The notes below the pieces were generated by a model. That model was given only the letters and a program-made list of their open reading frames with translations, was not told the origin of the DNA and searched no databases. A stretch of 64,000 nt of DNA from Mytilus californianus (taxonomy: Eukaryota). A program made the translations under genes and the position numbers. The stretch is taken from NCBI RefSeq assembly GCF_021869535.1, contig NW_026262593.1:43586001-43650000 (forward strand), written 5' to 3'. Shown one piece after another: positions 40,506 through 52,235 of this stretch (position 1 is the first letter of the stretch; every line of letters begins with the position of its first letter).

Positions 40506-41515
40506 TTAAGGAAGGTAAAACATAACAACGAAGTATGATTCACTTGATTTTGATTCCATCGGTTGTTCAATCTTAACTTGCTGCCATGTTGTAGTCGAAT
40601 ATCAGGCTACTCCTATAGGAGAAGTTTGAACAGTAAGAAAGTAAGATTGATTTGCAGAACAGCAATTAAAGCACCGTTCCTTTGGTTAACTTAAGGTTTT
40701 GTTAAGTGCATGTATGGATTAATGTCATGCATTTTAATTATATATTAATATTTGTCTGCTATTAATAGTTATATTGGGTTCAAAATGATGAAATGTGCCC
40801 ATTTTTGTAGAGCTATTTAGGAGAAAGAAATACCTCCAGAAACAGATCCTTGTAAATTCAATCAAAGAGATTTCATAAAAATCAAAATATAACATTTTGA
40901 AAAAATATCACGTATCAGTAATCCTTCAATATCTGCCTGGTTCTAAGGTGGAACAGTACTTAATACGCCATATTTCTTTGCTATTTCGTGAGAAAGAGGA
41001 TTATCAAAATTCCGATAAAAACACATGTCATTGAGTACTCGTTACACTCTTGGTAACAAAAATATCATTGAAACGTTATTTTTTTTTTTTTTTTAGAATG
41101 GATCTTTAGTCTCAACACTTCGTACAAAACTGCTATTGAAGTAATGTTTAAGAACTTTCGTCATTGTTTTTAAAGATCCATCACATGTAAATCCATTGTC
41201 CTTATCTGATACTAAGGAAGTTAGTGGAAACCAGCTGTCTAATAATCGGTTTTCTCTTTCAATCTCATCTTTAGATCTTGTCGATCAATGTGTTTAATCC
41301 GTTTTAATACCGTAGGATTAAAATAATTTGCAAAACGAAACAAAGAATGTTTGGTCATCGATATGTTTTCTTCTTCGTTGGTGAACTTAACTAGAAAAAA
41401 AGGATGAATCTGTCACGCCACATCCAACAGACATGCGTATGATAATGTAACATTATTAAACATTAACAAAATATTCAACTATTGGCAAAGGAAAGTGAGC
41501 TAAAAAAGATATATA

Positions 41516-44500
41516 ATGTCAAGACACATTTCGATGATCCGATTCTTGATCCTGATTTATTATTGCCGTCGTACTGGTAAGTATTCATGTCATACCTTTT
41601 TTTCTATTTGTGTGTCTGCTTGTGTGTGTGTGTTTTAACTGTTCTTTTTCGAAAGGTTTAGTCCTTTCTATAAATACCAAATGTCCAAAATGTTTTTCAA
41701 GTTGCAGTTTAAATTTATATATTAAAAGTGATCAACTAAAAACAAATTGGATATACAAACTTTCAGCATATTACCAATGAACAAGTAATTTACTCTAAAC
41801 ATTGTTTCAATGATTTTTAAACTACGTATACTATTAATTACACTGCACTTGCTTCATATTAACAACCGTTCACTAGGAATGGGCTAAACTTTTTCATTAA
41901 ACAGTATGATAAGTCACTCTAATGACGAAGACAAAAATGAAAAATGAATGTGGTTAAGCAAAAGGCAACCAATCAATCATAGGAGCGTTCATTTGACTTA
42001 GCGCGGTGCGAAAACACGCACTTACGCCCTGTCGGTATGGGAACACACAATCCGAGGGCAATACAAATTTATGTTTTCTACTTTGCTAGTACACCTGTCT
42101 TGCTGCTTTTGATTTATAGCGTTCGTGTAATTGGCATGACGCATGTGCGTAATTAGCATGACACCTGTAAAGACAAATATCAAGACATATGTATTGGTAT
42201 CGTTCGTGTGATATCTATTTGTTGCTTTTTTTAAAGCCTACAATATATGACAAGCCTGAATAGCCTGTACCACACGAAAAGCTCTAAAGCGCCTACACCA
42301 TACAACAAGCTATAAAGAACCTACACCATACGACAAGCTCTAAAGTTCTTAATCATACGACAAAACATCTATCCTTACAGCAGTTAAAGTTCTTATGAAG
42401 AACTTCAATCCCTCATGATGAATTTAAAATCATTAAAGAATTCTTACACTGAAACTGAAGATGAACACTGACCCGAGTATTAAGTTTTGTTGGAACATTA
42501 ATTAATTATATTAGAATAGAAAGATCCAAAACACACTTCTGCAACGGATAACTTGTATTGTAATGGTGCTGTAGTACTGACATTCATATCAACAAACTTT
42601 GAAAATCACTTTTCTTTTCTATATCTTCAGCTTATATCATTACTATATTTGTTAGAACAAACACTAAAATGTTTACAAATTCTTAATTCCAATCCATAAT
42701 TGAATAATTTGTTTGTAGAAACAAGAATAAAACCATCATTAACATTAAGCAATGAAAAGCAGTGAATATTTGTTGTAAATACGTTTTATACAGTTTCAGG
42801 ACTGAAAGCCTGTAAATATGATAGCTGGACGTTACATGATGGTAAATGTTATATGCCTATGTATAACCACAAAGATGGAGCTCCTTTCGAAACGGCAAAG
42901 AAAATGTGTAAAAAAGAACCACCAGGTGCAACTCTAGCTATGCCTAAGAGAAAGAACCAGTTTGATTATTTGGTAAATTCATATGCATAGTAAGTATACA
43001 GTTATTACGGTTATGGAATAAACCTGGGGTGGGGCGAGTAAAGCTCACAAAAACGATACATCCCCACCACACACGGACTCATAAAGCAATGACATATTCT
43101 ATAATATTTGATTAAGGAAACAGGAAAAATAGTTCGAAATAAAAAACCAGAATGGGAAGTACACATTAGCAATAAATGGTTAAGATTTTTAGAAAGTTTT
43201 AATAAATTCTATAAAGGTTAATGGTATAGGTTTTGCTCATTGTTGAAGGCCGTATACGGTGACCTTTAGTTGCTTACTTCTATGTCATTTTTGTGAATGG
43301 ATGATAGTTGTCTCATTGGCAATAATACCACATCTTCTTATTTATTATATTATGAAGAGTAACGGGTACAAAACGGCAACCCCAAGATAAAGTAATGACA
43401 AAAGTTCGTGAATTCCTATGGGAAATCACAAAACAAATTCGGATCAAATAAAGGAGGTGCACAATGACTTTTTAAAATTATTTTCATTCTAGTCTATATA
43501 ATTGGGGTTTTAGGACACAAATGTGTATCGCAGTGTGCGAATATGGCACAAGTATATGTGATGCTCAAGTAAGCACCAAAAATCATTCATATAATGAAAC
43601 GAAATTAAAAGATTTTAATTTATAAGAATTAAATTTGCAAAAGTTTTCAAAATTATGCCAACCCGTTTAGAAGCAGTATCAAATACAAAACTGGAACGAA
43701 AAAACGAACGGACTGAGGAAAGATTAAACGAATGGACGGACAGACGAACGAACAAACAAACAGACAGACACCTGCATCACGTTATACCACCCGCTTCAGA
43801 GAGCGGAGAGAGTAAAATAAATGACAATACATAATATATAAATGGATGAATGGAATCACCAAAAATACTGAACAGACCACTTCACCCACCAACACGACTG
43901 TTTACCTTTAAACTCCTTAGATTCATCGGTTCAACAAGAAGTGTTGAGTAAAACAAATCAACAAAAGCGATCGACGGGTTGCATGTACCATATAGTATTC
44001 GGGTAACTTGATTGATATATAACTATTACCACAACTATTGGTATTACAGGAGTGTGGTAAACCAGACAACAACCAAATGACACAAGGCAAGATTCAGTCT
44101 TCAACAATGGAAAACCCTCGTAATACTCTTTTTTAAAATACCTGTATCAAGTTTACAAATCAAAACAACTAGCTCTGATTATGTTCTGTTTGTATTCTGA
44201 CAAAGTAAAGTATTAAGCTTAGGCATGTCTTTCTAAAACCATTATTTCTACTTGTTGACGTTTTTTGGGGGGAAAAACAACTAGCACATAAAAATTTATA
44301 TTTATCTCAAGTGCTTGAAAAAATGATCAAAAGTCTGAACGCTATTGCAACAGTGATAATACATAGATTTATAGCATTAATTCAATAAATTGTCTTAAGA
44401 ATCCACATCTGATACAAAGCACATATATAGACTAAACCAATTTACAAACATATCTCAAAGTAAATATCATTTTTTTTAATATGTAAAGAATTATGTCAAT

Positions 44501-46949
44501 TATTTTCTTCTTGTTAACAAGTGTGGACACAGATCAGTGTGATAATAGTTGGTTTATTTTTTAGTCTAACTTCGTTTTGGATTGGATTGTATGATCCAAA
44601 TAAAGACCGATATTGGACTTGGTTAGATGATTCACCACTGGAGGACTACACAAGTTTGACTCCAAGTAAATTCAATATTTTTTTGTCAGAAAACCAGAAT
44701 GATTTGATTTGTAAACTAAAATCAGCTGATATGTTAATTCTTTTATGTGTTTTCAGTCAGAGGCAAGCTACAATTTAAAATGAAGAAAATATTAACATTA
44801 TTTTTTATGCCCAACCTACGTTAGAAGAGGGGCATTATGTTTTTCGGTCTGTGCGTCCGTTCGTCCGTTCGTCCGTCTGTCCTGCTTCATGTTAAAGTGT
44901 TTGGTCATGGTAGTTTTTGATGAAGTTAAAGTCCAATCAACTTGAAACTTAGTACACATGTTCCCTATGATATGATCTTTCTAATTTCAATGCCAAATTA
45001 GAGTTATGACCCCAATTTCACGGTCCACTGAACATAGAAAATGATAGTGGGCATCCGTGTACTATGAACACATTCTTGTTTTTGTAATATTTTAGAACTG
45101 ATTGAACAAATATGTTGAACAACAAATGACATACATTTATTGACCAGGTTCTATGACTTCTGTAGTTTTTGCTTAGCGGTTAAATGTTTTATGTCCATTT
45201 AGAATTTTTAGAATGATAGGTTCGTGAGAAAAATATCCATTTAAACGGCTAAGAGCAGAACTCATCCTCAAATTGAGTCTAAAAATCGGTAGGTATATAT
45301 AACATATGTAAAATAATAGCAGATGCTGAAGCAAATAACAAAATATTGGGCAATATAATTTGTTTCACGTTTTTTTACTTGCAGACGTTCCGCTGAAGTC
45401 TACAAGTAAAAGACGTTTTAGTGTGTAAAATCAGTCACTCACAAAGTATTCGATACTGGTTATTGTAGAACTCCATAACTATGTTTGTGTATATATATAT
45501 ATAGTACAGCATCCATGATTTTCAAGAGGTAGCGGAGATGATAAAAAGAGGCGACAGTAAAAATTCAGAAATATGGTACTAAAAACACAAATTTTCAGCC
45601 ATAAAGGACCTTTTGTCCAGCGGATATGCAAATGATATAACACATGTGTGTTTGTCTGTGCTATATTTTTCTGATGCAGTTCTAAATAATTGTAATATAT
45701 TTTATTTTTTACTTATCTATTTTCAATTGAGACCAACATTGAATTATCTTAACAGGTTACAACAACGACAGTGAACTGTTCCAGACAAACCCTCTTTTAT
45801 ATGCTGGTTGTGTTGTTATATCACACGAGGATAAAACTACCGTGAGAGCTATTCCTTGTACTTTAAAAACCGGCGTTCTTTGTCAGGTAGATGCACTGGA
45901 CATTCCATGGCCAGGTAATTAAAGTCTTCAAGACATTTTGACTATATTTGAGGGTCTGAATGTGGTTTACAGAACAGAGGATAATGGGCAAACAGTGGAG
46001 AATAAAAGGCAAAACAAATAAAGAATAGACAAAAATAGACATAAAAATAGAGAATAATGGGGTGTTAAAATATAAAGAATAGAGAAAAACGGCTTGAAAA
46101 TTAAAGAATATAGATTTGTAGGAGCCCCATCTAGACCTTCATATTAATAAGCTGGTACATTAATAGGTTACATATACTGTTGGACATGTACTACATATAC
46201 GCAAACTTGTTTCTTAGAACGTATATTTATTTTATTCCGTTTGTCTAATGATCGGGAAGATTTCTAATGTGAGCAATACAATGTATAGTAATATGTAACC
46301 TTTATTGAGAGGGGTAAACATTTTTCTGGTTCTAAATGGCTTAAAATTGCAAAAAATAAAAATAAATTTATCGACAAATAGGAAATATCTGAGTGATAAT
46401 ATTCTTATAAAGCACTAATATAATTTAGCATTGGTGAATTAACACGTTATGTGCATTTTTTTTTCGGGCAATACACACATTTGTCATGACAAACTCTATC
46501 CCATATACAGGGGTACATCAGTTTCCCCAGTCAAGTAAAAAAAATAATAATCTTTTTCAGATAAAAATTCTCATGATACATCATGTTACTGTTCCAGACA
46601 CTCAAGTTGTAAATGTTGTGAAGATGAGAAAGTCCTGACAAATATAACCTCGACAACGATTGAGGTCATAGTAGAAGACCTTAAATTGGATAAATCAACA
46701 CTATCTTCCTATCTGAGAGCGAAAACGAGTGCTCCTGATTCCAGGGTTTCTTCTCGATTTCTTGGGAGTATTGGAATTATGCTGATTACATTAATTTTTG
46801 GCTTCATTGTAGCGTTGGATTTTACACCTCCAAGACGTTTCAAGGTTAAATTCCTAAGAAAGGTACACAGGAAATTGGCTTATCGGCTAAGCAACAGAAG
46901 ATGTCAACTTAGGGAAACAGTTCATGTACACTATACATCTGAAAACTGA
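41516..46949 (+). CDS. Single-pass membrane C-type lectin-like domain protein, 301 aa
   Basis: Exons 41516-41576 (signal-peptide-like MSRHISMIRFLILIYYC), 42794-42989 (CKYDSWTLHDGKCY...AKKMC...ATLA), 44565-44665 (FWIGL...YWTWLD), 45756-45914 (GCVVI...IPC...VLCQ) and 46561-46949 (Cys cluster, SSYLRAKTSAPDSRVSS, TM LGSIGIMLITLIFGFIVAL, basic tail). They sum to 906 nt, open, with matching phases. Confidence 0.85.
44805..45080 (+). mobile_element. Short Helentron-associated (HINE/DINE-like) element in the lectin gene intron
   Basis: TTTTTATGCCC...GGGCATTATGTTTT start, (GTCC/GTTC)n microsatellite, and GGGCATCCGTGTACTATGAACACATTCTTG end. Confidence 0.55.
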
Positions 46950-47439
46950 TGTCTGTAGCTCTACTAATGTTCAAATACATGATAGAATAAGTGCAAATGC
47001 TTTTTATCGATGATGTTTGAATATTTTCTTTATGCCAGTCACAAAATGTAATGATTCATGTTTTAATACACAACTTTTCATTAAAAATTAAAATAAAAGA
47101 ATACAAAACAATTGCATCCATTTTTTACAAATATTCCAATACAAACAATTGATGGCCAATGAGACACCTATCCACCAAAGTTCAAATGAAGTGGTTGTAA
47201 GTAGAAATAGACAACAGTACGGCCTTCAACAATGAGAAAACCCCATACCGTATAGTCGGCTATGAAAATATGAAACAATTCAATTGAGAAAACTAACGGC
47301 CTAATTTATAGCAAAACAAATAAGCTACTACTTCATTTGTTCAGTCGACACATTGACTATATAATTTAAAGTAAGTTTTATTTTCTGTCTATGTGTCTGC
47401 ATTAGAAATGTGAAATAAAGAGTTTTACTACAAAAAAAA

Positions 47440-47830
47440 GTTTAGTCTGCCTCATATATATTGACCTAGTTCTAGAAGAATGAGGGTCGGTTGAGAAGAG
47501 AACTACTGTTTACAACAAAAAGATGATTTCAGCTTTCATATTCATGACAAATTTTCTATTTTAATGTAGCAACATTCCATCAGCACTAAATACGATATTC
47601 CAGAGTTTGCGTTAATTCCTGTCATGATTTCCTTTATAGAGATATAATTACTTACTATGAAGCTATTGAACCAAGGGTTTCAAGTGCGTAAGTTGGAGTC
47701 ATCCAATCGAAGGTTTTACGGACGCCATCATGATTTGGTTGTCAGTGTGAAAAAAGACAATGGATATGTTCCAATTGTTGTAGTGACCTCGCCGAATGAG
47801 ACTTTTCACAAAACGAGTACTTGCTATGAG
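47440..47830 (+). mobile_element. Decayed Penelope-like RT C-terminal fragment
   Basis: AGTCTGCCTCATAT, ATGAGGGTCGGTTGA, GTAGCAACATTCCA and KLLNQGFQVRKLESS..RFYGRHH match the other PLE copies. Confidence 0.65.
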
Positions 47831-48498
47831 CAACACGAACACATGTCAATTAATATGATAAATTCTCGTACAATGGTTCAGTTTGTCTACGGTCACAAAA
47901 GCTTCAAAGTATACGTATATGTATTCTTCAGAATGGCTTGTTCCAATCATTTCAGAACGTTTGTCGCTTTATCACGTATTGGTCAAATGTTATGAATAAT
48001 ATAGAAAATGTGTTATAATTGACTATGTGACAATTATGCACTAAAGACCAAAATGACGTTATTGTAAGCAGCTATAGATAATTGTGCGGCCTTCAACAAT
48101 GAGGTAAACCCATACCGTATAGTAAAAATGAAAACAACACATTAAACAGTTCATGCATCCGAAGCGCTTTTCTGGATTTACCTTATTTCTGAACTATCAA
48201 AGCAGAATATTTGAAAGCCAATGATGTATAAGAACCATTGAAGAGCTATATGACCAACAAGGACCTAAAAAATAGCCATATCCATCTAAGGTCAACTTTG
48301 CCTGAGGGAGTCACCTTAGTTTCTGTATCTATGATTAGTTTATTATGTACAAAACAATAACCGAAAAAAATAACAAATATGATAAAAAGCAACCGAAAAC
48401 AACCAAAAACAACCACTGAATTACGGGGTTACTGACTTGAGACAGGCACATAAAGGATGGCAGTGTTAAACATATTTACAAGCGCTCAACCCTCCCCT

Positions 48499-48712
48499 AA
48501 ATCAGGCCGTTGGTTTTCTCTTTTGATTTTTTTTTTATTTTGTCATGCCCGGGCATTTTATATCGTATCATACGGTATGGGTTTTGATTATTGTTGAAAC
48601 GTATATATAGCTTTTAACAATAATCAAAACCCATACCGTATGATAAGATATAAAATGCCCGGGAATGACAAAATAAAAAAAAAATCAAAAGAGAAAACCA
48701 ACGGCCTGATTT
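48499..48712. repeat. Near-perfect inverted repeat (about 100-bp arms, about 12-nt loop)
   Basis: AAATCAGGCCGTTGGTTTTCTC...GATTATTGTTGAAA / TTTTAACAATAATC...GAGAAAACCAACGGCCTGATTT. Confidence 0.95.
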
Positions 48713-49049
48713 GTGCTAAAATACACTTATTCGTCGAAATAAGTCGATTTCTTTTTTTCGTCAATTGATAAGAATAAAACCAGGATACTTAGTATTTGTT
48801 ATCTTCTGTACAAAGAAGAAAAGGTTTCCAAACAAGGGCCCTAAAGGGTATACACATTTAACATGACAATAATAACATCAATAATTCGAAATTGAAACAT
48901 GCAATTGAAGAATGTACAATAAAATTAAGTGATAAAATAATAATTGACTAGCCCAGAACGTTCAGTATGTTTACTGTTCTTCGTATGTTTACAGTCCTTC
49001 GCGTGTCAACAGCAAGTTAGATAGCAGAATGGTATCTCAAATAGCAGCA

Positions 49050-49629
49050 GTCCTTTTGCGCCAATTGCAATTTTCAAGATACGAATCTTTTGCGCCAAAT
49101 AATAATTTTCAAAGGTATCAATTGCGTCAATTTACGGAATTCATTTGCGCCAATTTACCTGTACAATATTTTCATAGTAGTCCTTCATATATTGTGGTAA
49201 AAGAATAAATATAATGAAAAAAATGACTATTTAAAAGCCAAAGAAAAATGCACACGTAAAGAGTTTAGCCTGTATGACCAAAAGGAATATCAAATAGCCA
49301 AATTCATCTAAGGTCAACTTTGCCCGAGGGAGTTTGAACCTTAGTTTCTTAATTATTTATTTTGGTTTGGGCAGATCAACGGAAAATTTAAGAAAAGTTT
49401 GTAATTAGTCATGTTAGTATTATCGAAGCAATAACCTTAACTTCGCCAATGTAAACTGCTGGTCCCATACCAGATTCATACCAGGTTAAATAAGAGAAGT
49501 GAAGTCATTATTTTTATCTTAATTAATTGGCGCAATTATATATTTTTGTTTGCGCAAACGATTCAATGTATTTTAAAACTTGTGGCGCAAACGTTACATT
49601 GGCGCAAATGAGCTGTAGCGCAAAAGGAC
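49050..49629. mobile_element. MITE-like element with inverted subterminal TTGCGCCAA arrays
   Basis: GTCCTTTTGCGC / GCGCAAAAGGAC ends. Several TTGCGCCAA motifs on the left and TTGGCGCAA motifs on the right. Confidence 0.6.
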
Positions 49630-50504
49630 GCATTTCTGGTGCAAACGGATTTCTCCCCTACAGTTGACACAAGGGGATTATACCTTGAGGGTATTAAATG
49701 ACAACATCCTCAGGTATGTACCCACTGCATTTGTATGCACCTGTCCTAAGTCAGAAGCATGTTGTTCTATGGTTGTCGTTTCTCGTTTTTTATATAGATT
49801 AGAACGTTTATTTTCCTGTTTGAATTGCTTTACACTAGTCATTATGGGGCCCTTTATAGCTTGCTGTTCGGTGTGAGCCAAGGCTCCGTGTTAAAGGCTG
49901 TACTTTGACCTATAATTGTTTACTTTTTACACATTGTGACTTGGATGGAGAGTTATCTCATTGGCACTCATACCACATCTTCTTATTTATATGCAACTTG
50001 AAATCAGGGGAAGCCACATTTAGGATATAAGAATATTTGCATAAAAGAAAATAAAAGCAGCATCTATCAGTTTATATGACCACATTTGGTTTGTAAGGAC
50101 TAGTGTGTGTGTGTGTGTGTGAGCCTCTCAGTTTAATATAGGAAAGTATTTCCTTAATTCTCTAAGCGATACAAATAGGATTCGTTGATTATATTGAAAT
50201 AAATTGGACAAAAGGTTTCGCACAGAGTATAAGTTGAACCTGAATATGGTTTTCTAGTATTTCAAAAGATACATCCTTCTTCTTGCATTTCAGTGGAGAA
50301 AAGGATTAAACTTCCCCATACTTCATTAACATTTATTAAAAGAATCGGTCACCGTGAGATCGAAAACATGAAAACTTGTTTTTATATTGGATCCATTATT
50401 GGCATTAATGCTGAAAAGTCTTTCCGCAGTTTCACGATAACAGAGACATATAATACAATATATGTATTATATGTCTCTGACGATAATAAGTGTTTACGGA
50501 TTTA

Positions 50505-51816
50505 GGGACTTATCATTATTTACCTAGGAAAGGGGGGGGCTGGTCATTTTGAAATCAAAAATACAAAATTTCTTGATCCCCCCCCCCATAATATTTCACT
50601 ATTTTTATTTGATCCCCCCTGTGAAAACATTTTAAAAATGTGATCCCCCTCTATTAAACATGCCGAAATTTTAACATGCAAAACACTTATCATTTTATTT
50701 CACGAACATATTGAAAATGAAATATTCTCAGTGGATTGAGTCCAAAAACATATTTGAGGGAAACATGATTGCCTTGAAATAGGGCTCTTCCATGAATATT
50801 AGAAGTTGAGCAAGCCTGTGCTTTGAGTAGCTTATTCTGACTTTTTTTCTAATTTCCTATATTGGGCTATTAAAGAAAACTTGATCCTAAGTAACTCTGT
50901 AAAAATTTACATTAAAAAGTTAACTTTTCGAAACAGTAACAACACATTATTTACTAAGAGGGGTCTATTATATGTCTCTCTCTTGGACGCTGATTAAACT
51001 TAAGGCCTTATTGAAACCTCCATTGAGTCGCTAAACTTTTATATGGATAGTTCATTTCAGCTTGAACAATTCAATTACTCATTTATTGTCACATTTCATT
51101 CATAAATGTGTGATAGTAACCTCAAAATTTAGATTTATTAGCCTAAAAAGTACAAATTTTGAGGGAGTGTGAGGTATAAATGGAGTTAAAGGGATCTTGT
51201 AATGAAAACAAAAAGATAAATAAGGGTTGTTCATCATCTCAGAATCATCTTTTGTATCAATATTCAACTGTTTGTATGCATTAATTAATCATTCATTTTT
51301 TTGGAGAAGATATTGCTCTACACTATATTCTTTCATGATGCGGAGTGATTTGTATTTTTGGACAAAATTTTGTACAAATCGCTGCATGCAGATTTCGTTT
51401 TAATTTATACTTAATTTCTCTCAAACTATTAAGCTGATTATAACAAAACTTGGCAGTAATGCTTGTCAATTTAGTGATCGAAGTGAGTGAAATATAACGA
51501 CTGAATAATTCGGATTATGAAGCACGTATGCATTTTGGCACAAAATGGCAGCTTCCTACATCACCAAAGTCTTGTGATGTCTTACTTAATTGTATATGAA
51601 TGGTGTTCAAGATATATTTTCGTCAAGTTTGACTGTTTTATAATGTTCTTCTTGATATTTTGTCTCTTGAAGTATATGAACTACTAATATCCATGTGCAA
51701 ATAATATTGATCTGAATTTATAAAAAATTTGAACCCCCCTTTTCCACATACAGAAAAAAACTTGATCCCCCTGCATTTTGACCAGCCCCCCTCCCAGATA
51801 AAAAATGATAAGTCCT
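50505..51816. mobile_element. About 1.3-kb non-autonomous TIR element
   Basis: GGGACTTATCATT...GGGGGGGCTGGTCA on the left is inverted to TGACCAGCCCCCC...AATGATAAGTCCT on the right. No transposase seen. Confidence 0.55.
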
Positions 51817-52235
51817 TTATTGTACATTTCTTTTTTTAGCATAACTGAATGAACAAGCTGAGTTAAGTTATAAGCATATGGAACATGTAAAATAAAACGG
51901 AACTGTGAACTGAATGTATGCAACGTAGTACAAGCACAGTAGTTCTTTTAGTAGCCAAGCTAGGTGAATTTCTGAACTACAATCCGGATTTTGAATTTAC
52001 CCGTATTCGTATTTGTCTCTATTATTTTTCCTTTTCCTGTCTAATTAGGGAAACTTTATTGTTATATGTTTCAATAAACAGCAAATTTTTAAATCAAGGG
52101 AAATTTATTTAAATATACCTTGATAAATCCTATTTAAATATTTTTGTTTATAAAAAACATTTTTTTCATCTATAATTCAATGATATTAACAATATAAACC
52201 ATATAACTTCCTTCGTTCAATGTAGTATCCCGGTA

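Noticed and set aside
46860-46949. Possible ITIM in the lectin receptor tail (LAYRLS, VHYTSE)
   Set aside because: The Y+3 residue is not I/V/L in either case.
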